Virus record (IMG/VR): IMGVR_UViG_3300014205_000187 | Span: 1-64,000 of that record | Length of the DNA: 64,000 nucleotides | Reading direction: 5' to 3' (one strand) | From: a virus | Lineage: Duplodnaviria; Caudoviricetes | Shown: in pieces, positions 1 through 9,254 of the stretch | Layout of the letters: each line of letters starts with the position of its first letter | Position numbering within the stretch: the first letter of the stretch is position 1 | Program-made: the position numbers and the translations under genes | Notes under the pieces: generated by a model | Told to the model about the DNA's origin: nothing | Seen by the model: only the letters and a program-made list of their open reading frames with translations | Databases searched by the model: none

Positions 1-170
1 GCCTTCTCAGCCGTCTTCTCATCGGTTCCAGGCCATTCTTCCTGAACCATAGATACAGTAGGAAAACGGCGTACTTTTACGTTGACCGCCGGATGAGAAT
101 GTCTAGCAGGATTATCCCTATGAAATTGAATATCTGCTTTACTAAACCTTTTGTGCTTAACTGCATTCAT
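1..170 (-). CDS. hypothetical protein, partial (runs off window start)
   Basis: ATG at 170 preceded by GGAGGT SD; open to position 1 (MNAVKHKRFSKADIQFHRDNP...); -10 TATACT at 209-204. Confidence 0.7.
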   Translation of the reverse strand, partial: MNAVKHKRFSKADIQFHRDNPARHSHPAVNVKVRRFPTVSMVQEEWPGTDEKTAEK

Positions 171-288
171 TTTTGATACCTCCAGAAGTTGTTCGTCTAT
201 CTAAGTATACTTGCAATTTAATTGCCTTAGTAACTGACAAATATACCAGTTTTTATAAGCCACAATTCCATACCTTTTAGCAGGCTGA

Positions 289-482
289 AAGTACTAGCTA
301 GTACTTCTACCGAGGAGCCATTGTTCCAGGTAAAAATACTAGCTGGTACAATTACGTGAGGAGGCGGTTTCGCCGCAGCCAAAATAGCCGCAGCTTCAAT
401 AGTCAAAATTGCCGCAGCCACCACAGCCGCAGCTTCTTTATATTTTAATATAAAAAAGAGTCGAAAGTACTAGCTAGTACTT
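289..482. repeat. two perfect 18-bp palindromes AAGTACTAGCTAGTACTT plus one degenerate copy
   Basis: Exact copies at 289-306 and 465-482; degenerate AAATACTAGCTGGTACAA at 334-351. Confidence 0.9.
372..433. repeat. four direct GCCGCAGC repeats
   Basis: Copies at 372, 387, 411 and 426 (spacing 15/24/15). Confidence 0.85.
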
Positions 483-507
483 GGTCCTCGAAGTTCTTAC
501 AGGTAAG

Positions 508-858
508 TTATACGGATGTCCGCAGTCTCTTTCGATTGCAATCATTACACACATACCCATGACCGCCTGATTTCGATTTGTCCTTTGCAAAGTTCTTCAC
601 CACTGTTTTCCAATGACATACTCGACATGTGCGTTTCGTGGTTTCGGGGTCAATCACTCTAGCCCGTTTACCACGTCCCCGCAGCTCCACTTCATTACTT
701 CGTAATACTCTACGAATAGCTTCATACGGCACATCTAATTTATCAGCGATGTCTCGTATTGACCATTGCTTTTTCTTGGAGCCTTGTCCAGTATAATTAC
801 GAACAACCATTTCCTCCAGCTCGTTGCTGCTAAGATTTGGATACCTTGAACTTTGCAT
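508..858 (-). CDS. HTH DNA-binding protein with C-terminal zinc ribbon
   Basis: WSIRDIADKLDVPYEAIRRVL HTH; CRVC...CNDC; likely start ATG 858. Confidence 0.7.
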   Translation of the reverse strand: MQSSRYPNLSSNELEEMVVRNYTGQGSKKKQWSIRDIADKLDVPYEAIRRVLRSNEVELRGRGKRARVIDPETTKRTCRVCHWKTVVKNFAKDKSKSGGHGYVCNDCNRKRLRTSV

Positions 859-865
859 AAATCCA

Positions 866-1231
866 GTGTACCCCTTTATAAGACACAAAGATACTGTAAA
901 AACTACCTGTTTTGAAAATGTAGTCTTATAAGTAGGTACAAAAAGTGTACCCCTTTATAAGACTACACTGTACCTACTTATAAGACTACCGTGAAAATCA
1001 CTGTACCTACTTATAAGACTACATGTGTCTTAAAAAGGGGTACACTTTTTTGGCCTGTTTTTCCCCCCTAACCGAGAGTCCTTTGGTAAAGCCAAAAGGG
1101 GTCAGTCTGTAGAGTTTTGTTGGAAAAGTATGCAGTTTTGGACTCGGAACCCGAAGCGATTTTGTTATATCTCGGTACCTCGATCAAAGTGATTTGCATT
1201 TTTAGCAGATGTAGTCTTTTAATAGGTACAC
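866..1231. repeat. array of ~21-bp iteron-like repeats TGTACC(CCT/TAC)TTATAAGAC(T)AC in both orientations
   Basis: Forward at 866, 945, 969, 1002; reverse at 920, 1025, 1211. Confidence 0.85.
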
Positions 1232-1655
1232 GAATAATACAGGCAACAGGTAGTGTTTTCGTTGTAAGTAGGTGACGTTTAGACGTGGCGACTTTTACCT
1301 CGACCCATATTGGACGCCCTCATAATATACAGAGAGTCTCAATCCAGCCATGAATCACGTAATCATGCACTATTTTTCTATGAAATCATGTCCCTCCCGC
1401 GCATGTAGGGCATCTATCGTATAGGTAAACATAACGAAATCTATGTATATAACTATCTAGTTGTATAAACAAACTGCCACTTTAGCACATTTACTTAGTA
1501 ATCATTCGATTATCAATCATTCTAAAAAGCTAATTTTTCAGTTTTGAACAGATTTTCGATGACTTTAATACAAGAAGCCCTCTTATACATATACATTTTT
1601 AGAATAGAAATAGTACAGTATAAGGATTTTCTTTTCGTTTGCCTCCAAAAATCTC

Positions 1656-1684
1656 TTGACAAACGAAAATTATAGCTATATACT
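1656..1684 (+). promoter_or_regulatory. sigma70-type promoter with flanking CAAACGA inverted repeats
   Basis: TTGACA-17bp-TATACT; four CAAACGA/TCGTTTG half-sites between 1633 and 1728. Confidence 0.8.
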
Positions 1685-1755
1685 AGCAATAAGAATCGAG
1701 ACTCAAACGAATCTCTTTTTTCGTTTGACCGAATTATATTACGAGGTATAGAATC

Positions 1756-2994
1756 TTGCGAATCAGATTATCGACTATCAAACAGCTATCGAACAATGTC
1801 ACGTCAACCTACTTCCAGCAGGTGACTCTCGCCCTTATGCGATTGTATCTCAAAGACCCAGACACCGATTACAACAAATACATCGGGGGAACTCGACTGC
1901 TGGAGCAGTGCGTAAATCGCAGTGTTCTCCCCGTCATCAATGACATGCAGACTCTTTTAGAGAAAACATTTCCGAATGATCGTGTAATACACCTATACCT
2001 CCGAGGATGGGCTGCTCCTGAGCCATCACATTATCTTGTGTTGCATCGCAACTCCGAAACCAATCTTTTTGAAGTCAAGTGTAATAGGGTCTGTAGTCTC
2101 GCTGTAGGCGCACCACTGAAAAAAGACGGCATCTTAGTCGAATGGGACTCAGATGACCCCGTAATCGCAGCCACACAACGCCCCAAAGTCAAACGACTCT
2201 ATGGGGGCGGCTCAGGAACCGCACAGCTCCTAATCGACCTCACAACAAATATCGAAGTGCAGCGTGAACTATCTCTCGCCATCTATACACATTCGCTATA
2301 TGCCGACATCAACGAAATCTCCATCTGGCTGCCTCGCATGGGAAAAGTGGTCATAGCCCCAGGCACCATTCCCACCAAGCTCTACTGTGACCTTTATCCT
2401 TTCAAAATCGTCCGCACCCGGCCGTACGTCAAAACCATCACGAAACCAAACTGCATAGTCCGTGTCATCCCACGAAAACAAGGAGCCTTGGACTATGCGC
2501 TCGATGACATCATGCACATCGTTCCATCCGTAAAAAATCTCGAACCTTTCGACACCACGGACAAGGCATTCAGCAACTTCCTCACAACAACTCTCGAAAC
2601 ACGTTTGCTGCCTTACATCGGCGTCCAGATCAATAAAGCAGTCAACATATATGGGCTTGTCTACAACCAGGAAGACGACGAGTGTTATCCTGCTCTCATC
2701 GCTGAGAACAAGCAACCAGGAAATTGTGCGGCGATGCCTCTGGTCTCTTTACACAGTAACGAATCCTCTGGACACTTTATCCCTAACAACATCCTGGCTA
2801 AAATAATTCGTTACCACATGACCACTCTTGCCGAGAACAAAAAAGCAGCAAACCTGCGATACAAAGCATGTCGGAGACTGCTCGGATACTGTGGTTACAC
2901 TGAAAACTTCCACAAGGTTTTCGCTGACTGGAGAATGCCGTTGTCCAATGCCGAATTATCAATTCTAAGAAGTCAGGAAAGTATAGTAGACTAG
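1756..2994 (+). CDS. hypothetical protein, 412 aa
   Basis: Long ORF, GAGGT SD, directly behind a consensus promoter; no motif recognised. Confidence 0.8.
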   Translation: MRIRLSTIKQLSNNVTSTYFQQVTLALMRLYLKDPDTDYNKYIGGTRLLEQCVNRSVLPVINDMQTLLEKTFPNDRVIHLYLRGWAAPEPSHYLVLHRNSETNLFEVKCNRVCSLAVGAPLKKDGILVEWDSDDPVIAATQRPKVKRLYGGGSGTAQLLIDLTTNIEVQRELSLAIYTHSLYADINEISIWLPRMGKVVIAPGTIPTKLYCDLYPFKIVRTRPYVKTITKPNCIVRVIPRKQGALDYALDDIMHIVPSVKNLEPFDTTDKAFSNFLTTTLETRLLPYIGVQINKAVNIYGLVYNQEDDECYPALIAENKQPGNCAAMPLVSLHSNESSGHFIPNNILAKIIRYHMTTLAENKKAANLRYKACRRLLGYCGYTENFHKVFADWRMPLSNAELSILRSQESIVD

Positions 2995-3031
2995 ATGATT
3001 AACTAAAAAATCAATTAGACAGATAACCATC

Positions 3032-3283
3032 ATGAAACGACAATTCTATGGAAAATTGAAAACACGTCAAAGAGTCCAGTTGCCATGCTCTGTGGTGGAC
3101 TCTACCGGAGTAATTCACACTGAAATGGAAACAGCTAAGATCGTCAAAATCCAGGACGACATTGTATATCTCGAAGACTTCAAACCAAAGGTAAAACTCA
3201 ATAGATTTTTAGAATCGGACAACATTTTAAGGAGACAAATCGACACATGGAAAGACAATCAAATAAACAAATTAAAATCTTGA
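3032..3283 (+). CDS. hypothetical protein
   Basis: ORF in gene-dense run. Confidence 0.6.
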   Translation: MKRQFYGKLKTRQRVQLPCSVVDSTGVIHTEMETAKIVKIQDDIVYLEDFKPKVKLNRFLESDNILRRQIDTWKDNQINKLKS

Positions 3284-3948
3284 TAGATGGTGTATGGACA
3301 CTTGAAGATTTCACTATGGAGGACGTGAAAGCAGGTCAGACATTCAAGCTGGATGGTCAAGAATATGTAGCACTGGGAGATGGTTATATCGACAAAGGTG
3401 TACCGACTATTGACTGTCGAGCACCTTATCCTCAATTTGACGATGATACTTTGGATGGTTTTCAGCCAACACCGACTGACCAGATATGCACGAAATGTCG
3501 TGAGGTGGCTGATTGTCTTCACGATGAGACAGACTGTGAGCGTTGTGACCAGCCCTGGTGGTTCAGGACATCTCCAGAGTTCATGGAGTCCCGTATTGCG
3601 GCTCCAACGTCCGACGAGTCCTGGGACACTGTGTTCCTGAGTGTAGCTCGGTCAATTGCGAACTTGTCAAAGTGTGCGTCCAGGCAGTTTGGAGCCGTGA
3701 TCGTTAAAGACCGAAGAATCCTGTCAACCGGATTTAATGGCGCACCGACTCGAACAACTTTGTGTCAAAAACCCGAGGCGACATGTCCGAGACAGTTACT
3801 CGGAATGAAAAAGGTAGACCCGTTACATGATCAGGAAACGAAAGTTATCTCTCTCATAGGCACAGGTCGCGGCTGTTTTAATGACGGTAAGTATATCAGC
3901 ACAGTGCAGATGGAAGATTCCGTCTGGCATATCTTTGAGGTTGTATGA
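3247..3948 (+). pseudogene. chimeric, truncated dCMP deaminase
   Basis: SKCASRQFGAVIVKDRRILSTGFNGAP matches the dCMP deaminase N-half; the catalytic HAE and PCxxC motifs are absent and an unrelated tail follows. Confidence 0.65.
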
Positions 3949-4247
3949 TGGTTATTACATCTTACCTGACAGGGCTGCACCTGATTGAAAAGCTCGAACG
4001 TGAAGATGAGCAGTGGTCAAGCATGTATGTGCTGAGTCTCTCTGCTCACTGCAACTGTGGCGAAGGTGGTATGAACTTTAGCTGGGGTGAGCTGAAATAC
4101 TTTATGAAGACGCACTGCGCCGCAGGGCATAAGATCAAGCTCGACATATTGTTGAGGTTCCGAGCTGAAGTATGCCCTATGCGTGAATGTGACTCTGGAC
4201 CGGAGGAAATCCGTGATGCTGATGCACCTTGGATTGTCAGTCATTGA
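3945..4247 (+). CDS. hypothetical Cys-containing protein
   Basis: ATGA overlap with the upstream gene. Confidence 0.6.
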   Translation: MMVITSYLTGLHLIEKLEREDEQWSSMYVLSLSAHCNCGEGGMNFSWGELKYFMKTHCAAGHKIKLDILLRFRAEVCPMRECDSGPEEIRDADAPWIVSH

Positions 4248-4431
4248 CGCCGATTCGTTACAACGAACCAGACTCAGAGGCAGAGAAGCTCTGTCAGCTC
4301 TGAGACGAGACAAAATCGTTGATCTGAAGCACCAATTAGGCGTGGCTTTGAAAGAGATCAAGACCTTGCGCCAAGAGAATAAGAGGTTGAACGCATGTCT
4401 CACGAACCGAGACCGCACATCGGAGAAGTAA
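4183..4431 (+). CDS. hypothetical coiled-coil protein
   Basis: LKHQLGVALKEIKTLRQENKRL heptads; start uncertain. Confidence 0.5.
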   Translation: MNVTLDRRKSVMLMHLGLSVIDADSLQRTRLRGREALSALRRDKIVDLKHQLGVALKEIKTLRQENKRLNACLTNRDRTSEK

Positions 4432-4628
4432 TATCTCAAGCGATGGCGAATCATAACTGGACGCCGGGTGAGGTGGCTAAATACTTCAGAGTGGACATCG
4501 AAGAAGTCATGCGCTGGATGCATGGCACACAGAAACCCAAGCGCGATCATTGTAAATTACTGGCAAATATACTTCAGATAGGATTCGGGGATATATGGTT
4601 TGCTGAGATTCGTTATGGGAGTCTGTGA
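4395..4628 (+). CDS. XRE-family HTH protein
   Basis: WTPGEVAKYFRVDIEEVMRWMHGTQKP...LANILQI. Confidence 0.75.
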   Translation: MSHEPRPHIGEVISQAMANHNWTPGEVAKYFRVDIEEVMRWMHGTQKPKRDHCKLLANILQIGFGDIWFAEIRYGSL

Positions 4629-5262
4629 GCATGTGACCACGGGAACTAAGGTCTTAGGGCCGGTGAGCATTGTCTACTATGAGGCGGTTCAAAACTACTG
4701 CACCGACCCGTATCCCGGCCACAAGGATGGCTGTCCTAATTTCGATCATCGAAAAGGGTGTCCTCCACATGCGAAGTACTTCCCGGACGTATTTTGTCCT
4801 GACGGCTGTTATCTCGCAGTCATGGATATTTTGTTCTGTGAGTATTTGAGTCTGTTTAAGAAGCAGCATCCTACTTGGACAGATAGACAACTTCGTAATC
4901 CATTATACTGGCAGAATTATTTCAGGACCCGGTTCAAAGCGTGGGCCGAGTCCCAGGTTCCAGATGGATATAAGTGTATTTTTGTGCCAGAAGCAATGGG
5001 CGTGGATGTAGATACTACGTGTAAGGACGCTGGTATCACGCTTGAGTGGCCTCCTGATACCCATGTCTACATGGTGGCCGTGTATGCAATGACCTGGGAT
5101 GCTTCTGTTAAGCACGATCTCGCTGAGTTGGACGTTATTGACGGCCAGGTATCTCAGGCGAATAAGAACAAGACTCTCAAGGTTATTGGAACCGAGGGAG
5201 CTGCGATTGTCGATCTAGCTGTGAAAGAGTTTGCTAGAACAGAGTTGGGGATTCAAAAATGA
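4615..5262 (+). CDS. DUF2284-like metal-binding protein
   Basis: C...GCPNF...CPPH and PEAMGVDV motifs. Confidence 0.65.
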   Translation: MGVCEHVTTGTKVLGPVSIVYYEAVQNYCTDPYPGHKDGCPNFDHRKGCPPHAKYFPDVFCPDGCYLAVMDILFCEYLSLFKKQHPTWTDRQLRNPLYWQNYFRTRFKAWAESQVPDGYKCIFVPEAMGVDVDTTCKDAGITLEWPPDTHVYMVAVYAMTWDASVKHDLAELDVIDGQVSQANKNKTLKVIGTEGAAIVDLAVKEFARTELGIQK

Positions 5263-5594
5263 AATGGTGGAAAAGATTTTGTAAGAGGAAGCTATTTGAC
5301 CCTAAAACAGCTACCGGAACTGATATGGCTATGTGGGCCACTTATGCAAACTTAGGGTATATGCACGTTTACTGGGATAGGTTACGTATACAACGAGTAG
5401 CATGGATGGATAGACCTTTGGAGTCTAAGGAAGTCCGTGTTTGGTGGGATGATAAATTGGTTTTTGAGTGGAGCATGTTCGGAGGCACAGCAACTCAAAA
5501 GCCTGGAATATGGTGTCTCAGACTGTATCGTATATATCTTTTGGCACGAAGAACGTGGGATAAAGAGCATTTCTCACCTTTGGAGGAAACATAA
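5259..5594 (+). CDS. hypothetical Trp-rich protein
   Basis: Overlapping start/stop with both neighbours. Confidence 0.6.
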   Translation: MKWWKRFCKRKLFDPKTATGTDMAMWATYANLGYMHVYWDRLRIQRVAWMDRPLESKEVRVWWDDKLVFEWSMFGGTATQKPGIWCLRLYRIYLLARRTWDKEHFSPLEET

Positions 5595-5932
5595 TGGGCG
5601 TTGTATTTTGTGACATAGACGGCGTGATCTTCAAGCACCCAGGTCGATGGGATGATATAGCTAATCGGACACCTGAGTTGATAGTCAGCTCACGAGAGTA
5701 TCTGCAAAGGCACCAGGCAGCCGGGGATACGATAGTCCTGGCGACATCCCGACCGGACAGCTTTCGGAGATTTACAGAGCGTGAACTTCAAAGAGTAGGA
5801 ATACCCTATCATCATCTTCTCATGGGAATGAATCCTGGAACCAGGGTGCTCATCAATGATCGTAAGAACGGTCAATGCAGAGCCGTTGCTATCGATGTAG
5901 AGCGAGATGCAGGGCTGAATGGCTATGATTGA
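5594..5932 (+). CDS. small HAD-superfamily phosphatase
   Basis: FCDIDGVI motif I, ATSR motif II, RVLIND; paralog of 19318-19671. Confidence 0.8.
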   Translation: MGVVFCDIDGVIFKHPGRWDDIANRTPELIVSSREYLQRHQAAGDTIVLATSRPDSFRRFTERELQRVGIPYHHLLMGMNPGTRVLINDRKNGQCRAVAIDVERDAGLNGYD

Positions 5933-6004
5933 AAATAGGTATTTATAACAGTAGCTTATTCTGACATGAAGAGCTATACTATGTTAGTAAGGTAATTAAC
6001 TAGA

Positions 6005-6475
6005 ATGAAAACTCAGGCAAAGTATTTCAAATACGTCATGATGCACCGATGGTATGCGTTCATTGGTTGTGTGAAAATGGGACTGTGGTGGCAAGGAATC
6101 ATTCACGATTTAAGCAAGCTCTCAAAAGCTGAATGGATGCCTTACTTGCACTGGTTCCATACACCACAGGGCATCAAGTTTAAGGGTGAGTCTTTTACTC
6201 ATACAAGGTATAAAGAAGAGTTCGATAAGGCGTGGCTCCATCACCTGCATACAAATCCTCACCACTGGCAGTTTTGGATTATGCCGGACTCTCAAGTAAT
6301 CTTAGCTATGCCGGAGAAGTATGTGAAAGAGATGGTTGCTGACTGGTCCGCTGCTGGCCGAGCACAAGGTCACGGAGACGATTTGATGGCGTGGTATGAG
6401 AGAAACAAAGATATGATGAAACTCCATCCTGAGACCATCCAGCTTGTTGAGGCTTTGGTTTATGCCCCAAGGTGA
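6005..6475 (+). CDS. DUF5662-like HD-fold protein
   Basis: IHDLSK, AWLHHLHTNPHHWQFW, EMVADW. Confidence 0.75.
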   Translation: MKTQAKYFKYVMMHRWYAFIGCVKMGLWWQGIIHDLSKLSKAEWMPYLHWFHTPQGIKFKGESFTHTRYKEEFDKAWLHHLHTNPHHWQFWIMPDSQVILAMPEKYVKEMVADWSAAGRAQGHGDDLMAWYERNKDMMKLHPETIQLVEALVYAPR

Positions 6476-7253
6476 TTCGATTCATAGCCATATTTGCCGT
6501 GCTGCTGCGCTGGCTAATGGCAGCTTACCGTTCAACAACGATGTTTATCACTATGTCATGGCTTACATTAAGGCCGTGAATGAGGAAATGGACTTCGAGC
6601 TGAAGAGAATTGCTCTTACGTGGGAACAGATTCAGCAGTATAATCCCCCGCCGAACCCTACCAAGCTCAAGGATGTTCGATCAACCAGGTATGTCCAGAA
6701 ATATGGTATGGAGTGCTGGGAGCTGGATGCTTTGGAGCCTACCGTCATCGGGCAGCTCATTAAGGATGCTGTGGCTGATTATCGAGATGATGACAAGTTC
6801 GACGCCAAGGTTGAGGAACAAGAGAATGCTCGTGCAGTGCTCAGAAGTGTCGCTGTGAACTGGAATAAGGTGGCAGAGTTCCTTTCTGACGAGCCTGAAC
6901 CCAATGTCACCGGGCCGGTCATTACCAAAGTCGAAGAAGAGCACGTTGAAGTAGATTTCACCGTTGACTTCGGGGTTGTTGGAGACGAGCTTTACGATGA
7001 TACACATCGAGAGCTGGCATCCGGTAAGATGCACCTTGCGCTTCATAAAGCTCTGAAGGGTCTTGGATTCCGCAGTCATGACGATGCCGATTGGACGGAG
7101 ACCAATGTTTATATCGCTGAAGAGGGAGAGCTTGGGGTATTCTACGTGACCATCTATCGAAAGGTGGACGACCTGGAAACCAAGCTCCTCGATTACCTGG
7201 CTGAAAAGAGCTTTGATAATACAACGATCACGGGAATCCCGGAGGAATGGTAG
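6462..7253 (+). CDS. N-terminally truncated TOPRIM-like (TopoVI-A-related) phage protein fragment with acidic C-terminal domain
   Basis: RIALTWEQIQQYNPPPNP...WELDALEP is the C-terminal part of that family as I recall it; upstream EK and DxD motifs are absent. Confidence 0.5.
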   Translation: MPQGDSIHSHICRAAALANGSLPFNNDVYHYVMAYIKAVNEEMDFELKRIALTWEQIQQYNPPPNPTKLKDVRSTRYVQKYGMECWELDALEPTVIGQLIKDAVADYRDDDKFDAKVEEQENARAVLRSVAVNWNKVAEFLSDEPEPNVTGPVITKVEEEHVEVDFTVDFGVVGDELYDDTHRELASGKMHLALHKALKGLGFRSHDDADWTETNVYIAEEGELGVFYVTIYRKVDDLETKLLDYLAEKSFDNTTITGIPEEW

Positions 7254-7528
7254 TGGACATAGAGCAGTTTAAGAACTTCATAAAGAATGACATCACTCCG
7301 GCTGACATTCTGGATAGTATAAAAGGCTGTCGATCTGAGCAGATCGAGTTGAAGATACTGGCTTCTAATAAGTTCGCAAAGATTCGTGAACTGGCTATGA
7401 ATAGAGATAAAGAACTGTCTAAGTTGTTTGAGGATACCAATACTCCCAAGAGAGTGATTAAGCTGTTTGAAGACGCTTGCCAACTTTTTGAGAAGTTGAA
7501 AGGAGATGTCAATGCCTTACCTCATTAA
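7247..7528 (+). CDS. hypothetical protein
   Basis: ORF in coupled gene run. Confidence 0.6.
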   Translation: MVVDIEQFKNFIKNDITPADILDSIKGCRSEQIELKILASNKFAKIRELAMNRDKELSKLFEDTNTPKRVIKLFEDACQLFEKLKGDVNALPH

Positions 7529-7880
7529 GAGTAAGTTTAGCAGGTTTAAGCAGCTCAAAGAGAATCTGAAGCTGGCTTGGGCGTCGGCTATTGGTGTGAA
7601 TGGACACATAACAGGACAGCCGAGCAAACACAGATTCACGGTTAATGGCGTGGTGACTCTCAATAAGAATCTGGATGATTCCACGAACTATGTTCGAGAG
7701 ATCAGTGTTGAAGAGTATACCGAACTGGACAGGCTGAAGGCTAAATGCACAGAATTAAACGCAGAGCTTCAAGCTGCTTATAAAGCATACGCTGATTACA
7801 GTAAGCTGTGCTTTGAGACTGGACGCCCTATTACCGTGGACGAGCTGCTGAAATCGCTTAAAGAGAGTGCTATAAAATGA
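7506..7880 (+). CDS. hypothetical protein
   Basis: AGGAG SD, coupled gene run. Confidence 0.6.
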   Translation: MSMPYLIKSKFSRFKQLKENLKLAWASAIGVNGHITGQPSKHRFTVNGVVTLNKNLDDSTNYVREISVEEYTELDRLKAKCTELNAELQAAYKAYADYSKLCFETGRPITVDELLKSLKESAIK

Positions 7881-8059
7881 GCACCCTTCGTTGGATTACA
7901 GCCAGGTTCAATTCCAAATGCGCTGGCTGTGGCACCGAACTTTATGAAGGTGATCGTATCGTATACGACTACGATGAGAGAGCCGCTTATTGTCGAGTCT
8001 GCGGTAATATAGAAGAAGAGTTTCAGGCGTCTCAGATAGATAGTTTCGAGGATTGTTAG
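7877..8059 (+). CDS. small zinc-finger protein
   Basis: CAGC...YCRVC. Confidence 0.65.
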   Translation: MSTLRWITARFNSKCAGCGTELYEGDRIVYDYDERAAYCRVCGNIEEEFQASQIDSFEDC

Positions 8060-8068
8060 GAGGCAACA

Positions 8069-8623
8069 ATGGCCGGAAATAGATGTAGTAAATGTGAAAG
8101 ATTCGTCTCTCTTGACTGTGAAGCCACAGAACCGGAGATAGTTTCAGAGCCGGAAGTTAGAGATAATGAATCGGTATCTTTGGAAGTTCGTGCCGTTCTC
8201 TGCTGCGCTGATTGTGGTGAGGAGATCAAGGAATATAACACGGAAATCTACGACTCGATACCTACTGATACTTTGGAAGAGCATAAAGCTCTTCTATTTA
8301 TCGATGATCTACGCCAAACAGCTAAGAATGACTTCCTTGAAGATCGTGCCGAAGAAGACCTCGATAGGGATGAGATAGCTCACATGGAAGAGTTGATGAA
8401 CGAGGCCGAGGAATCGGCGATGGATGGCTGTGAGTTCGAGGCCGAGGTTACTTCTATTTCTGTATCTGAGGCATACGGAGGCAAAGGACGTAAAGGCTTC
8501 AGGAAGAAGTTCTACACTATAGATGTCGAGATCACGCTCACATGCAGTAAGCATGACGATTTCTCCAGCAGTTTTAACATTTCTGAGCGTGTTCAGGCAT
8601 CTCATTTTGACGAGATATATTGA
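8069..8623 (+). CDS. acidic zinc-ribbon protein
   Basis: AGGAGG SD; CSKC, CADC; very E/D-rich. Confidence 0.7.
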   Translation: MAGNRCSKCERFVSLDCEATEPEIVSEPEVRDNESVSLEVRAVLCCADCGEEIKEYNTEIYDSIPTDTLEEHKALLFIDDLRQTAKNDFLEDRAEEDLDRDEIAHMEELMNEAEESAMDGCEFEAEVTSISVSEAYGGKGRKGFRKKFYTIDVEITLTCSKHDDFSSSFNISERVQASHFDEIY

Positions 8624-8970
8624 GCCATGAAACATGTTTACAAATAGCCAAGATCAGCACAATATCGTTGGATATACCAGGGCAAGATCATATTAAGAGA
8701 CTGGAAAGGCAATTCACTGATTTGGTCACTGATCTTATCGGTGACGTAGATTGCAAACTGCCCGAGGATTGTATTCCTACTGGTGGCCGGATAAGTCAAA
8801 TGGGAGACCTGAGAGCCATCTATCACGAAATCAAGGATGGCATAGGCGCGTTGAAAGATGCTCTCCAGCATACAAAATATGCCTCAAGGTTTAAGACTAT
8901 GGAGAAGCACCTCGATAGTTGGACGGCCAAGGTCACAGAACAATACTTGCAGGAGCGAGAATTGATATGA
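8620..8970 (+). CDS. hypothetical protein
   Basis: TTGA overlap with upstream gene. Confidence 0.6.
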   Translation: MSHETCLQIAKISTISLDIPGQDHIKRLERQFTDLVTDLIGDVDCKLPEDCIPTGGRISQMGDLRAIYHEIKDGIGALKDALQHTKYASRFKTMEKHLDSWTAKVTEQYLQERELI

Positions 8971-9254
8971 ATATGCTGGTGCATAAGGTTCCAGTTTCTC
9001 CTCACATGAGTCCAGACGAACAGGAACGGATAATCAGGAGATATGCTGACGGCATAAAAAAGACATTCCCATACTATGACCACATATTTTTGCCGGATGA
9101 TGGCACCGGAAGAGGCAGCGTTACTCTTTTAGATTCAAAACCATCAGCGATTCGTCTCAAGATCGCTCGTAGAAAGGCATGGAAAAGAAAACATGACAGT
9201 TTGTGTATTCGGAGACGTGATGCTGGATGTGTATACGCACTGCACCCCCGTTAA
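8967..9254 (+). CDS. hypothetical protein
   Basis: ATGA overlap, AGGAG SD. Confidence 0.5.
   Translation: MNMLVHKVPVSPHMSPDEQERIIRRYADGIKKTFPYYDHIFLPDDGTGRGSVTLLDSKPSAIRLKIARRKAWKRKHDSLCIRRRDAGCVYALHPR

Noticed and set aside
227-424. 65-aa Ala-rich ORF
   Set aside because: By-product of the GCCGCAGC repeats; it overlaps a promoter and has no SD
866-1231. CRISPR array
   Set aside because: Mixed orientation and irregular spacing with no unique spacers; the Cas4-like nuclease and DinG sit among replication genes with no other cas genes
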